Sequence record: NC_031107.2
Strand: one strand, 5' to 3'
DNA: 64,000 nucleotides
Part shown: piece by piece, positions 17,855 to 28,343 of the stretch
Numbering within the stretch: the first letter of the stretch is position 1
Layout: every line of letters starts with the position of its first letter
Notes under the pieces: generated by a model
What the model was told of the DNA's origin: nothing
The model's database searches: none
What the model saw: the letters and a program-made list of their open reading frames with translations, nothing else
Program-made: the position numbers and the translations under genes

Positions 17855-20596
17855 TTAGAGCGGAATATCGTCGTCAGTGTTGTCGTCGGTATTGGCGTTG
17901 TCGTCAGTCGGATTATCATTGTTAGCATTGTCGTCATCTAACAGGTTATCCGAATCACCACCCGTGCCACCTGCTCCATCATCACTGATGTCGTCGGTAC
18001 CGTCATTCAGGTTCAGGTCATCGTCCCCACCTAAACCGCCATCACCTCCGTCCCCGCCGTCGTTATTGTCACCTCCGAAGCCACCATCAAAGCCACCGCC
18101 TGCCCCAGCATTTGCATCCAGGTCGGCATTGCTGGCCAGCGTCTCAATCTTACCTGAGACACGTTTGGCAAGCTGAATCAGCGTCTTACTTCCGGCAGCC
18201 ACCTCATCGGAAATCATCTTCACGTTATCCTGACGTTTCTCATCGTCGTAGATAAGATCGAAGAAGTCATTCTCAATACCTTGCTTACGTAGCCAGTTAC
18301 GAGCGTAGAAGGTTTTGAGCATGGTCTTCAGGTCATCAGGCGAGATCCCGATACCTTCGTTCTGCAGGCTGTTGTTCATGTCATCCGTCACAACCAGATC
18401 AGCCAGTTTCTCGAAGAACTCCATGCGCTTATCGAACAGATCCATTTGCGATGCTGCTGCAGACGTATCCGGTGGCGGTAAGGTTACTTTCATACCGTTG
18501 ATAAACTTCGCCAGAATCTCCGAGGTCTTCTGCGTAATCACATCAGTCGTGACACCAGGATCGGCTTCACGCAGATGCTCCACAATGATTTTAATCAGAG
18601 CGGATTGCAGTGCAGGTGAGGCTTGCAGGGAGTTGGTAACATAACGGGTCAGTGGCGTTGAGAGAATTTCCTGCTTCTTGGTAATCTGCTGAGTAACCAG
18701 AAGGGACTTCGAGAAAATCTGCGAAGCGAACTCCAGGTTCTCTGGCGTCAGTACCAGGTCAGGGTCAACACCTGCCAGGTGACATGTACGGCGCAGCAAG
18801 GTCTCATCGAATTCCGCGTTCGGTTCTTTATAGTCCGGCGTGTTATCTTGTTGAGTAATCTTGGTGCTGGCGTAGTAGTCGTTCCCGGTAACGTTAAAGG
18901 CCAGTCCCGCGTTCGAAGCCATTGACCAGATATCATTCATATCCCCCCACTGCGGTTGGCGGCGGTTATAGGAGTTGATGATATCGGCTTTGGCCTGGTC
19001 AACCGTTTTCTGACCGTTCATGTCGTCCGGTGACAGTTCAATGTCGAACTGCATGTGACGTGCAGAGTTCAGAATCGCCGAGTTCATGGTCGCAAACAGC
19101 AGCGCCATACGCACAGACGAGATAATGAACGAACGTTCAGTGATGGAAACCCCGATACCGTCTTCGTCGAAGTCGGTGGCGAAGTAGCACAGGTTGCTTG
19201 CAGGGATATAGATAACCTGGGTGTGGCGTTTGGCCAGGTGGCGTGCCAGCATGATACGACCAAACGTTTCTGTTACCGTCATGCTCAGCTCAGCACCACC
19301 CAGTGCGTCACCCAACGCTTTAGTCAGCTGGTCTTCGGCAATCTCACCATAGCGGGCAGTCAGACGTGCAGCAATATCCGGCGTGACCCGTGTGGTGTTA
19401 CCCATTCCGAGGTTCGCGCGGTTAATGATACTGTCATTCATCCCGTCGTTGTTCAGGTAGTTCATGAAGTTCGCATCACCGTACAACGAGGAACGCGAGT
19501 TAATGAAGTTACCCATTTCATCGACAATGGCCAGATAGCCGATGGGATTTCGTACATCATCGCCAATCACCAACGGTAAGGTTGATTCCGCAGGCAGCAG
19601 ACGTTCGATGTACTCGATTTTGTTAGCATCCGCCATGGAGATAGTTGGCACTTCACCATACATCTTCACAGACGGTGTGGACTTGTACGCCTCGTTCAAA
19701 TCCCCGAGATTGATGAGCCCCGCTTTTGCTGCTTGTTCATCACGGTCTTTGAAGCCGTCAGCATCATACTGCGATGAACCAGATGGCGTGCTAGGCTGTT
19801 CATATGCGTACTGCTCCAGTTGCCCATACAGCTGCGTGCGCGCATTCTCTTGCGCGACACGGCGATAGGCTTCTGGCAGTAAAGTAATCTTCGGGTTATC
19901 GGTGAGGGCCAGGTCGAGCTTGAAGCCTTCGGCGAAACATTTATCGCCTTTGGCGAAGTCGATGGTCAGTGTTTGTGGTTTGGCTTTTCTGGTTTGCCCG
20001 CGGGCACGACCCAGGATGCTTTCTACACCAACCTTCGGCGCAGCTTCTGGATTAACATCACCGAGAATCCCCAGCTGTTGTTCAAAGAAGTCCGCCTGTG
20101 ATTTCCTGACCGACTCCTGGGCCACGTTCGGCTTTAACCCAAAGAGTTCGTCAAACCCGGTGTCTGAGAGAATCATCACCGGTGAGGCACCTTTGGATTT
20201 CAGCGCATCGTACATCCACTGGTAAAGTTTCTTCGGCAGATCGCGTGTCTTGTCGTGGAACTCACGTACCGGTTCCAACATTGCTGCTCGTAAATCAATC
20301 GGGATATCAGCAGTGTTGTCGTAAATCAGCGTGGTATTAATCAAATCTTTTGTGGACAGGAGTGATGACGTCGCAATGGTGACGATTATCTCCAGTTCCG
20401 GTAACGCATCGTAAATACGCTCAGCGTTCTTCACTGTGCGGATGCGAGAACTCGCGATACCGGTGAGTTCTGACCGGGTAGGTGTTACGCCGCCTTCTTC
20501 ACGTTTTCCGCGCTCTTGCGAGGAAGCTGGGCCTGTGCTTTTACGCAAGACCGCTGAAATGGCGGGGTCGCCCGTTAATTTACTATAATCGTCCAT
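17855..20596 (-). CDS. Portal protein (phiKZ gp129-like), 913 aa
   Basis: Size; minus-strand orientation divergent from a baseplate-type gene; N-terminal IYDALPELEIIVTI..SSLLS motif; A-x-E-S propeptide sites; acidic C-tail. Confidence 0.7.
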   Translation of the reverse strand: MDDYSKLTGDPAISAVLRKSTGPASSQERGKREEGGVTPTRSELTGIASSRIRTVKNAERIYDALPELEIIVTIATSSLLSTKDLINTTLIYDNTADIPIDLRAAMLEPVREFHDKTRDLPKKLYQWMYDALKSKGASPVMILSDTGFDELFGLKPNVAQESVRKSQADFFEQQLGILGDVNPEAAPKVGVESILGRARGQTRKAKPQTLTIDFAKGDKCFAEGFKLDLALTDNPKITLLPEAYRRVAQENARTQLYGQLEQYAYEQPSTPSGSSQYDADGFKDRDEQAAKAGLINLGDLNEAYKSTPSVKMYGEVPTISMADANKIEYIERLLPAESTLPLVIGDDVRNPIGYLAIVDEMGNFINSRSSLYGDANFMNYLNNDGMNDSIINRANLGMGNTTRVTPDIAARLTARYGEIAEDQLTKALGDALGGAELSMTVTETFGRIMLARHLAKRHTQVIYIPASNLCYFATDFDEDGIGVSITERSFIISSVRMALLFATMNSAILNSARHMQFDIELSPDDMNGQKTVDQAKADIINSYNRRQPQWGDMNDIWSMASNAGLAFNVTGNDYYASTKITQQDNTPDYKEPNAEFDETLLRRTCHLAGVDPDLVLTPENLEFASQIFSKSLLVTQQITKKQEILSTPLTRYVTNSLQASPALQSALIKIIVEHLREADPGVTTDVITQKTSEILAKFINGMKVTLPPPDTSAAASQMDLFDKRMEFFEKLADLVVTDDMNNSLQNEGIGISPDDLKTMLKTFYARNWLRKQGIENDFFDLIYDDEKRQDNVKMISDEVAAGSKTLIQLAKRVSGKIETLASNADLDANAGAGGGFDGGFGGDNNDGGDGGDGGLGGDDDLNLNDGTDDISDDGAGGTGGDSDNLLDDDNANNDNPTDDNANTDDNTDDDIPL

Positions 20597-20607
20597 TGGG
20601 GTCTCCG

Positions 20608-22797
20608 ATGCAGAGATTTAACATATTTCGAGATCAGGCCATCGCGCTCGCTAAATCCTTGATTATTAAATCGGATTCGATAGCACAGCAGATGAACCTG
20701 GCAATTAGAGAAAGTGGCGGCCACGTTGCTGAGAACCGCGCGACCTGGCGTTACTACCTGCACTTAGCAGGCAAACGTCATGCCATTGATAAACCGATTT
20801 ACATTACGTCGCTGGACAGTGATAACAATGAGCAGATAGAACTCACGGCAGCGAACCTGTCTCGTCATAAAAAGACCTCTAACGTTTATCGATCGAACCC
20901 CGAGTACATCGACCAGTTGATTCTCAACAATCTCGACTACGCGGTGTACATCCGTGGGGTATTCTGGCCGGTAGATTTGGACTACGCATTACGCGTTGAC
21001 GACTGCTCTATCCTCTACTACGACCCATCGTTAGTTGAGTCACAGGAGACCTCGCTGATTCCGACACTGGAAGCGCGTATCCGGGCGTTGCATGTCCGGT
21101 ATATGTCAGAAGGGTGGAAGGTACACAACGATGCGTTTGTGTTAGCGTTCTACTCCATGCTGTTTCCGAACCTGCCAGGGATTATTATTTACCTGCGCGG
21201 ATGTTTACAACACACCACGGAAACGCACAGCTACTACGTGACAGAGTTCCTGGCATCGCACCAAGAGCTGCACGAGTTCATGCCGTACCTGACGCAGAAG
21301 CAGAAATTCATTCTGTATCGTAACATCCGTTACTGGGAGCGTAACTCCGGGAAAGAAGAAATCTTTTCCTGGCAGATTGATGCCCTGTTAACTGGATGGG
21401 GGATGCCTGCGGTTGGGTATAAAGTGGCACAACAGATTCACAACCCTGAATCGGGAAGTGATGATGACCTGACCCCGTTACCTATCGGTTATCAGCAATC
21501 GCTGAACTACACCGAAAAGGATTCCGGACGTGACCTGGATTTGGTGACCACCACGGACATCATCCAGAAGGAAGTAGGGCTGGCTTATAATAACGCCGTC
21601 TACGAGCCAGAGTATCAGGAAGCCCTCGACACCCGCTTGTCGTTAACGCAATACCCGAACCTCCCCACGAAGCTCGTGGAAGTCACCGCAGTCGACCCAG
21701 AAGCCATTGAACGATTCGAGTTCATGCACAACCTCTTTAACGAGTGGGTGCATCTGGTGGCCGAAGGGAAATACAACATCTATCACGAAATCCTGAACCC
21801 CACCAACGGCGATACCCTTAAGCTCTCATCAAAAGAATTGCTCGCGCTGTTCTTGTATGCCAGCTACAAAGGGTATTCTGATGTTGACCTGACAACTATC
21901 CCGGTCTTCAACGTGTTCGGGGTGCTTATCAAACGTTGGGTTTCGTTTGACGAGATGGAACGTCACTTAATTCCAAGTTGGGAAGGGCGTTTCGACCAGC
22001 TGATCAGCTACTACACCGCGACACACACCGAAGTTATCGGTAATGTGGGGTCGGCGGATGAGCTGTACGACAATGTTAATGAGATAATCACTAACAAACG
22101 TCGTCGTTGGCGTTATGGGAAGAACCGCCGTAAGCTCAAAGACCGTTCCGCCGGTGAGATGTTGTTTGCTTATCACTACCGCGACTACAAGTGTGACCTG
22201 AAATTGTCGTACACCAGTTACGACCAGTTCTTCAAAACCTTCGGGTTTGATTACACCCTGGTGTCTGCGGAAACCTGGCAAGATATCGCTACGGATGCCT
22301 TTAACGTTGCCACGAACCTGGAAACCCGAGCGGTTATCTCGCAGTCTGAGATTCAGCGTGCGATGGTGCGCCTGATGACGAAGCTGTCGTCTTATACCGT
22401 GCACTTTGCTGCCCGCATGGGTTCCGATTCCTACGACGTGATGGACCCCCTGTGCCCAATTCTGGATGATATCCCGATGAGTGGTGAAGGGACGGTGGAT
22501 ATCGTGGAGCCGTTAACGGACATTACCAACGTCAGCCGCAGTCAGTTTATGTCGACCGACACCGTGCTACCCCCAACGCCTGTGATTAAATCTCTGGCGA
22601 TTCCGCAGCGTATCAAACTGCGGATGAACATTTACATGGGTATCCGTGTGAAAGTCACGCAATCTGTGGTGGTGGATGTTAACCAGCCATCAGTGGGTGT
22701 CACTCGTGTCCGGACGTCTTTCGAAGAGTGGAGCTTAGGCGAACGCGTACCGCAAGGGGTGCTCGACGGGTTCAAACTCGACCAATTACCAAAGTGA
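20608..22797 (+). CDS. Probable baseplate/virion structural protein, about 729 aa
   Basis: Likely start ATG 20608 (MQRFNIFRD), 11 bp from the portal start; synteny with the portal in phiKZ-like phages. Confidence 0.55.
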   Translation: MQRFNIFRDQAIALAKSLIIKSDSIAQQMNLAIRESGGHVAENRATWRYYLHLAGKRHAIDKPIYITSLDSDNNEQIELTAANLSRHKKTSNVYRSNPEYIDQLILNNLDYAVYIRGVFWPVDLDYALRVDDCSILYYDPSLVESQETSLIPTLEARIRALHVRYMSEGWKVHNDAFVLAFYSMLFPNLPGIIIYLRGCLQHTTETHSYYVTEFLASHQELHEFMPYLTQKQKFILYRNIRYWERNSGKEEIFSWQIDALLTGWGMPAVGYKVAQQIHNPESGSDDDLTPLPIGYQQSLNYTEKDSGRDLDLVTTTDIIQKEVGLAYNNAVYEPEYQEALDTRLSLTQYPNLPTKLVEVTAVDPEAIERFEFMHNLFNEWVHLVAEGKYNIYHEILNPTNGDTLKLSSKELLALFLYASYKGYSDVDLTTIPVFNVFGVLIKRWVSFDEMERHLIPSWEGRFDQLISYYTATHTEVIGNVGSADELYDNVNEIITNKRRRWRYGKNRRKLKDRSAGEMLFAYHYRDYKCDLKLSYTSYDQFFKTFGFDYTLVSAETWQDIATDAFNVATNLETRAVISQSEIQRAMVRLMTKLSSYTVHFAARMGSDSYDVMDPLCPILDDIPMSGEGTVDIVEPLTDITNVSRSQFMSTDTVLPPTPVIKSLAIPQRIKLRMNIYMGIRVKVTQSVVVDVNQPSVGVTRVRTSFEEWSLGERVPQGVLDGFKLDQLPK

Positions 22798-22804
22798 GAG
22801 GCTT

Positions 22805-23326
22805 ATGGGATACCGTATTGATTTAACTAAACCCCCGAAGCAGATACTGGTAGATCGTTTTAACTACGTATTCGGTCTATCCTATACTGCTGATAACTAC
22901 GACTTCCATCCGGCTGGTGCCCAACCGCTGACGAAAGAAGAAGTGCGTAAAAAAGGGGTAGAGTCTAAAGTCGCGGCGCGCTTTAAGAACGGGGTAACTG
23001 GTACCCGTGAATTTTATATCACCCGTGCCGACCTGTCCAAGTTCCTGGTTGGGATTGAAGTGGAAGTGCCGAAAGGTGCGGTGGAGTGGAGTCATGAGTT
23101 AGCACCCTACATCATCGACCAGATTGGCTTAGACCTTGAGAAGTACGACATCATGGTTGAGCCAATTACTGATGATATGGAAACGTATCAAGCACGGCTC
23201 ATGCCGAATCATCTGTCTTTTAAAGGCACTATCACAATTGTATTTGTCGACCCGACACCACGACTTCTGGCTAACCTGGTCACGAAGCGGGCCTTGGATG
23301 GGTTCCTCTATGGAGTATTTCTATAA
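22805..23326 (+). CDS. Virion protein, divergent member of the tail-associated paralog family, 173 aa
   Basis: ITRADLSKFL...IIDQIGLDLEKYDI and C-terminal LDG motif resemble the 58-64 kb paralogs. Confidence 0.5.
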   Translation: MGYRIDLTKPPKQILVDRFNYVFGLSYTADNYDFHPAGAQPLTKEEVRKKGVESKVAARFKNGVTGTREFYITRADLSKFLVGIEVEVPKGAVEWSHELAPYIIDQIGLDLEKYDIMVEPITDDMETYQARLMPNHLSFKGTITIVFVDPTPRLLANLVTKRALDGFLYGVFL

Positions 23327-24213
23327 TGGCTAACACCAAAGTTTACGACGGTAAACTCTCGACGGTGACACTGAACGCAATGCGCTTGTCTACCGCACTC
23401 ATCATGGGTTGCGATGTTCAGTATCCGCAAAAGTCGACTCTGAACGAATACTACAAACTCCAGACCGCGAAACTGCCAGATGGTACCGATCGTCCACACA
23501 TGCGCTATATGTGCGTGGGGAACCGTGGCCACATGGTTGACCAGTCTGATGTGGTCGCTGACGTAGTGCCGGTGGGCAAGACTCCGATTACGTCGGGGAT
23601 GTTCTCGCGTGTGCCGCTGGTGCTGCGTACCATGGATAATGACCTGTCGGACGAACAGCGTAAAGATTACGCCTTCCGTGTGCAGGAAAACATCAACGGT
23701 CGCGATTACTGGGCGTACTACCTGAAACGTGTCGATATGCGTGCGGTGAAAACCACTGACCTTGATATCACGCGTGAAAACGGTGTGGAGAAAATCGAAG
23801 ACTTCGTCTACACCGATGCCGAACTGAACCCGGTACCGAAAGAGCTGCCGGAATACAACTTCGACGATGACGGCACCGTGGAAATCCCGGATGGTCGTTA
23901 CGTGGAGTCAGGTGCTGACCTGGTAATTCCGTGGACAGAGTTCGACGTCCAGGAATACATGAATGTCACCAGCATCATGCGTGGTTCTCCGCGTAGTTCT
24001 ATCATCTCTGAGATTGCCCTGTGTTCTGGTATGGACACTCCGGCATCAGGCGAATCTGCCACCGGGTCGAAGTTCACGTACGACGAAGCCATCGGTGTGC
24101 AAGCACTGTACTACATCTCTCTGTTTACCAACCTGGCACAGACCAATGACCGTCTGTCACTGACAATCCGTGTCGGTCAGCCTGCGCCGTTCTTCTTAGG
24201 AACTGCGAACTGA
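23326..24213 (+). CDS. Probable virion structural protein, 295 aa
   Basis: GGAG SD; coupled ORF in the structural operon. Confidence 0.55.
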   Translation: MANTKVYDGKLSTVTLNAMRLSTALIMGCDVQYPQKSTLNEYYKLQTAKLPDGTDRPHMRYMCVGNRGHMVDQSDVVADVVPVGKTPITSGMFSRVPLVLRTMDNDLSDEQRKDYAFRVQENINGRDYWAYYLKRVDMRAVKTTDLDITRENGVEKIEDFVYTDAELNPVPKELPEYNFDDDGTVEIPDGRYVESGADLVIPWTEFDVQEYMNVTSIMRGSPRSSIISEIALCSGMDTPASGESATGSKFTYDEAIGVQALYYISLFTNLAQTNDRLSLTIRVGQPAPFFLGTAN

Positions 24214-24866
24214 TGATAATTCCCGAGCCGAGATTGCCTGACAGGATGGTTCGGATAGCCTGCGTTGACCCCGGTACATCCCACCTCGGGATGGCGGTAT
24301 TAGACTGGGAGTACGGAGCAGAGATAGCCGAAGTTGTCTGGGCAGACACGGCTCACGTTACGAATTCCGCCCACTACTCTTCGTTCGCGGAGACGGTGGG
24401 CAATCGTGACGAGCGGTTGGTGGAATTGCAGGAAACGTTCCGTGAGTTCTTGCGGATTGCGTGTCCGACATTTGTCACAACCGAGACGCCATTCATGCGA
24501 CGGAAGACATTGTCCGCGTATGAGTCTGGGGTGGAATTGCAACTTATGTTGCGTCGTACACTCTGGGAAGTCTACCCAGAAAAAGTCCTCCATGGGTTCA
24601 ACCCCATTATTGTGAAATCATACGTCGGTGTGGAATCAAAGGGCACAGATAAGACGCACATGTTTGCGGCTGTCTGTAAACTATATGCTGACCACACCCT
24701 CATTGATTTATCGACGCTGGATGAACACAGCATCGATGCCGTGGCGGTGGGTAACATCTTCGTCAGGGTCAACTTATTAAACTTAAATAGCCTGCTCCCG
24801 CCGCGTGTCAAAGCGCCGAAAGGTGCCGCAGGCAAGAAGCGGCGAAGTAAGCGTCGGAGGAAATAG
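24213..24866 (+). CDS. RuvC-like Holliday junction resolvase, 217 aa
   Basis: RNase H-fold acidic triad IACVDPG / FVTTETPF / EHSIDAVAVG; basic C-tail. Confidence 0.75.
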   Translation: MIIPEPRLPDRMVRIACVDPGTSHLGMAVLDWEYGAEIAEVVWADTAHVTNSAHYSSFAETVGNRDERLVELQETFREFLRIACPTFVTTETPFMRRKTLSAYESGVELQLMLRRTLWEVYPEKVLHGFNPIIVKSYVGVESKGTDKTHMFAAVCKLYADHTLIDLSTLDEHSIDAVAVGNIFVRVNLLNLNSLLPPRVKAPKGAAGKKRRSKRRRK

Positions 24867-24868
24867 CG

Positions 24869-25447
24869 ATGTCGCAGTCTTTGCAGGAAGCCTCCACCGC
24901 AGTATTAGACGTTCTCATTCAAGCGGGCACCAATAAGCTCAGCAAGGAAGAAGCGGATAAACTGACGGCGGCTGCTACGACGGCACTCGGTGCCGGAGCC
25001 GTTATCGATGTGACCAAACCCGCGAACGTAATTCTCGCCACCTTACGCCCCGTGCTGTTGGACAGCATTGGCAAGATGGCAGAGGGTTTTGAGAATCGCG
25101 CGGTGGTGTCCGTTGAGGGGCTGGGTGATGAGATGGGCAAAGAAACAATGCTCACCTTGTGGCCTAAGCTTGGGAAAGCGCAACGAGCGTTAATCGTGAT
25201 GTTGGCGCTGACCACTGTAGTTGTTTCTGGTTTCCTGGCGTACGACACCCATGTCCGTCCCACCGGTGATATCACCGATGTGTTGGTTGTGGGCCTGCTA
25301 CCCCTTTTCGCTTTGTTTGTGTTCGCAACCTGGCCTATCAAGACCCTGGCGTACAAATCGCTGGAAGTCGCGACCCGTGTTGTGGAAGCAAAACTTCAAA
25401 AAGGTTCGCAACAGTCGAAGCCTACCACGACTACATCTACGAAGTAA
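24869..25447 (+). CDS. Membrane protein with two TM segments, 192 aa
   Basis: ALIVMLALTTVVVSGFLAY and VLVVGLLPLFALFVFATW. Confidence 0.65.
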   Translation: MSQSLQEASTAVLDVLIQAGTNKLSKEEADKLTAAATTALGAGAVIDVTKPANVILATLRPVLLDSIGKMAEGFENRAVVSVEGLGDEMGKETMLTLWPKLGKAQRALIVMLALTTVVVSGFLAYDTHVRPTGDITDVLVVGLLPLFALFVFATWPIKTLAYKSLEVATRVVEAKLQKGSQQSKPTTTTSTK

Positions 25448-25451
25448 TTAA

Positions 25452-25487
25452 GTCCTCTCTCCATGTGGAGAGAGGCTTTTCTTTTTT
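25452..25487 (+). terminator. Intrinsic terminator
   Basis: gtcctctctcc-atgt-ggagagaggc followed by T tracts. Confidence 0.75.
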
Positions 25488-25490
25488 AAT

Positions 25491-25512
25491 TACAATTTTA
25501 GCGATTAATGTG
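25491..25512 (+). promoter_or_regulatory. TAC-N15-TGTG motif
   Basis: tTAC aattttagcgattaa TGTG. Confidence 0.5.
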
Positions 25513-25539
25513 ATTCGTCTTACCGAAAGGATAATAACC

Positions 25540-26196
25540 ATGAAGCTGCAATTTCGCCGCCGTTCGCTGTTGCTGCCTGCTACATCTCTTTTAGGTTGCA
25601 TTAATAACCTGTCGCGTGCGTCTTTCACCGCCGATGAACGTAAGCGGCTTATCATTGCCGGGCTAATTGAATACCTGGGTGTGGGTTTTGGTATCACCGG
25701 GCTTGACCAAATCATCAACGTTCCGTATCACGAAGGACGTTTTAGCCGTGAACTGATGAACATTCTCGGTAGCAAACACGTTAATAGTTATGGTATCGAG
25801 CGCGAGTTAAAGGACCTACACCAGAAGGTGTTTGCTGAGCTGCGCGAACAGATTATCAAATATGGTATGTTGACAGGGGAAGTTGTTGCACGTCGCACCA
25901 AAAATGAACCTGGCATATTCGACCACGGCTATACGGTCAAGGTCGTCACCCCGAAAGGCAAAGCCGGACGGAACAAGGGCACTTGGTTACTCGTGGAGTG
26001 GGTTCGCCCCACACTCGATATGGAAGAGATGTCAGTAAACACTTTCTTCCGCCGTATTGCCAAACAACTTGCTACACGAAAACAGCCCGTCGAGTATTGG
26101 TTAGCGGTTTTCCATTCCACCCGTCTGGAGGCATTTCTCCAGGTAGAGAATCTGGAAATCCTGCATACCGTCCTCAGGACAGCTGGGAGAAAGTAA
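25540..26196 (+). CDS. Hypothetical protein, 218 aa
   Basis: AAAGGA SD before ATG 25540. Confidence 0.65.
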   Translation: MKLQFRRRSLLLPATSLLGCINNLSRASFTADERKRLIIAGLIEYLGVGFGITGLDQIINVPYHEGRFSRELMNILGSKHVNSYGIERELKDLHQKVFAELREQIIKYGMLTGEVVARRTKNEPGIFDHGYTVKVVTPKGKAGRNKGTWLLVEWVRPTLDMEEMSVNTFFRRIAKQLATRKQPVEYWLAVFHSTRLEAFLQVENLEILHTVLRTAGRK

Positions 26197-26197
26197 C

Positions 26198-26677
26198 ATG
26201 CACCAGATTGATGTTTCTTTAGACAAAATCTCCGAGAAGAACTTTCCCGGATTGACAGCCTATATTGCTGACCTCAACTCCATCCGGGAAGAACCGGTAC
26301 GGGTTACGATGGCGGTAGAAGATGATATCGCTCACGGTGTCATGGTGTGGGAACCCGGTAACTTGATTTACGTCGTGGTCAGCGAACCAAGTCGTCGTCA
26401 AGGTGTCGCTACGTTCCTGCTCAACTACCTGAAACAGAACTCCGAACGTAAGCAAGTCGCGTGCCGGGTCTACCCGTCAAACATTGCCGCGTTGGGTTTC
26501 TTTTCAGCCCGAGGCTTCCAAATCGACCGTTGGTATATCGCGAACGACAGCCGTCGCTATTTTCGTATGACGAACAGTTATATCGTTGCGTCATACACGC
26601 CACCGGAAGAAGGCCATTTGGCTGAGTTTGTTGATAACACACCAATCTTTCTCTCGGTAGCGAATAAGGTCTACTAA
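26198..26677 (+). CDS. GNAT-family acetyltransferase, 159 aa
   Basis: Motif A VVSEPSRRQGVATFLL; motif B SNIAALGFFSARGF. Confidence 0.8.
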   Translation: MHQIDVSLDKISEKNFPGLTAYIADLNSIREEPVRVTMAVEDDIAHGVMVWEPGNLIYVVVSEPSRRQGVATFLLNYLKQNSERKQVACRVYPSNIAALGFFSARGFQIDRWYIANDSRRYFRMTNSYIVASYTPPEEGHLAEFVDNTPIFLSVANKVY

Positions 26678-26693
26678 CAGCGAGAGCGGCACC

Positions 26694-27170
26694 ATGTTGC
26701 GTGTTGTGTACGAAACACGAAGTCTGGATGACCTCCAGGCAAAAACTATACGCTGTGTAGAGCGGGTGGCCGAGCATGAACTGGATATCAAATCTGGTAA
26801 ACTGCGCGGCACACCTGTGAATATTCTCCAATACAGTGTTTGTAATACTTTTAAAGCAAAGACTACGCCCGCAATACGATCCAGTAAAAGAAAAAGTTAT
26901 GCCGATTTAAAACATCGGTTGCAGCGACACTATCGCCGCAGTTCATGGAAGGAACTGGTTGGAATGGTCATTGACGATTTCATCCGGGAACTGGAGTGGG
27001 AAGAAGTCCTAAAGGAAGCTGGCTACCCAACCAAGCCTTTTTCGTACCACTGGCATCACTTCAAAAAACAGTACCATGAAGCCTTACGCTGGTCACCGAA
27101 TACTCGGAACATGATAAAGCGTTTGGAGTCTATGGACTGGCTTCAATGTTATTTAGAAGAGGATGCGTAA
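26694..27170 (+). CDS. Hypothetical protein, 158 aa
   Basis: ORF in operon. Confidence 0.6.
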   Translation: MLRVVYETRSLDDLQAKTIRCVERVAEHELDIKSGKLRGTPVNILQYSVCNTFKAKTTPAIRSSKRKSYADLKHRLQRHYRRSSWKELVGMVIDDFIRELEWEEVLKEAGYPTKPFSYHWHHFKKQYHEALRWSPNTRNMIKRLESMDWLQCYLEEDA

Positions 27171-27172
27171 AG

Positions 27173-27565
27173 ATGCGTATTGTATTAGTTGTGTTAGTGG
27201 CCTTGTTATCGGTCTGCACATCAGCAAAAGCTTTTGTCCCTGCGGATATTCAGCAGTACAAACCAGCAATTCCTGGTGAGAAGCCGATCGTTTTTAAAGC
27301 TGACGACAATCCAACTGTGGTCACCCGCAATGAAGAATGGGCTGTAATCAATTACGGCAAATCGGATTTGTGCCCTGCCGGGGGATTTTATTTGGTGAAC
27401 CTCAAGCGGTCTACCTACCAGTTCGTAGATGCTGGTACGTGTTCAGCACGTACCCGTGTCGCCATCGAAGTGGCACCGCACAAAAACAAAAACATCAATA
27501 TCCAACTTCTCACGTTCTACGTGGGAAACGATATTGCAACGCGTTATCCGTTGTACGGCTACTAG
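27173..27565 (+). CDS. Secreted/periplasmic protein with signal peptide, 130 aa
   Basis: MRIVLVVLVALLSVCTSAKA-F signal peptidase I-like leader; GAGGA SD. Confidence 0.65.
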   Translation: MRIVLVVLVALLSVCTSAKAFVPADIQQYKPAIPGEKPIVFKADDNPTVVTRNEEWAVINYGKSDLCPAGGFYLVNLKRSTYQFVDAGTCSARTRVAIEVAPHKNKNINIQLLTFYVGNDIATRYPLYGY

Positions 27566-27572
27566 CACACTA

Positions 27573-27607
27573 CAGGGGGGCAACCCCCTGGTTCCTTCTT
27601 TTTATTT
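27573..27607 (+). terminator. Intrinsic terminator (GCAA loop)
   Basis: caggggg-gcaa-ccccctg followed by a T-rich tract. Confidence 0.7.
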
Positions 27608-27660
27608 GCCCCGGTTAGTATGATACCACCAACAGAGCCAGCTGCCGCGGGAGTCCAGAA

Positions 27661-28278
27661 ATGTCTTTTGTTATAGACTTTTCGCACCACCACAGTCAGA
27701 CCCTGCTCGACCTGGTTAATTTTTGTAATCAGGACACGGTGTATGTCCCGCTTTCAACCGACAACATTCTGGTTGAGAACTTGGCACCACCTACGCGAGA
27801 AGGGCGTTGGTCAGTGAAACTGACTGACAAGAAAAAGCCCGACGATTATGTCGTCGTACAGTACACCAAGATAAACCTGGACGAGTTTATCACTATCCCT
27901 GCAAAACACTTAGGTTGGTTTGATTTGTCGAAAGGCAAACCGTCAGACCTGTCCGTGTGGTCGCAACCGGCAATGGAAGCTTTCGAAGCCACCTGTGAAG
28001 ATTACGGGATGGTTGTTGCAAAAGCCTGGGAGAATCCCTCCCAGTGCCACGTTGAGTATGATCGTGCACTTGACCGCTATGTGTTGGTGTACGAGTGTGA
28101 ATCGTTTGTGTATGGGCCACGCAACCGGTTTGTATTGCCGTATAACCTGGGTCAGGATGTGGTGCAGACCACACTCGATGGACTGAACTATGACCTGGCT
28201 GGGTTCTGGGGGCGTAAGCTCCAGGAACTGGTAACGATTCGCCGTATGGACGGATTCAAATACCGGGTCTTTCCTTAA
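27661..28278 (+). CDS. Tail-associated paralog family member, 205 aa
   Basis: QTLLDLVN, VVQYTKINLDEF and QTTLDGLNY match the family motifs. Confidence 0.55.
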   Translation: MSFVIDFSHHHSQTLLDLVNFCNQDTVYVPLSTDNILVENLAPPTREGRWSVKLTDKKKPDDYVVVQYTKINLDEFITIPAKHLGWFDLSKGKPSDLSVWSQPAMEAFEATCEDYGMVVAKAWENPSQCHVEYDRALDRYVLVYECESFVYGPRNRFVLPYNLGQDVVQTTLDGLNYDLAGFWGRKLQELVTIRRMDGFKYRVFP

Positions 28279-28312
28279 TCCTGCCTTCGGGCAGGATTTC
28301 CCTTCTTTTTTC
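28277..28312 (+). terminator. Intrinsic terminator (UUCG loop)
   Basis: aatcctgcc-ttcg-ggcaggatt followed by a T tract. Confidence 0.75.
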
Positions 28313-28343
28313 CAAATACCGCAATGGCTATGGAGGAACGTCT

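Noticed and set aside
17855-18130. Portal C-terminal D/N/G-rich repeats as a mobile or tandem-repeat element
   Set aside because: Imperfect low-complexity coding sequence for a disordered acidic tail; no exact repeat unit or boundaries.
7473-20596. Inteins or group I introns in helicase, RNAP subunit or portal
   Set aside because: The ORFs are uninterrupted, of expected size, and show no C/S...HN splice motifs or homing-endonuclease signatures by eye.
20482-20607. N-terminal extension giving a 771-aa protein that overlaps the portal start
   Set aside because: The extension is antisense to the portal's first codons and looks non-biological; ATG 20608 fits the divergent arrangement better.
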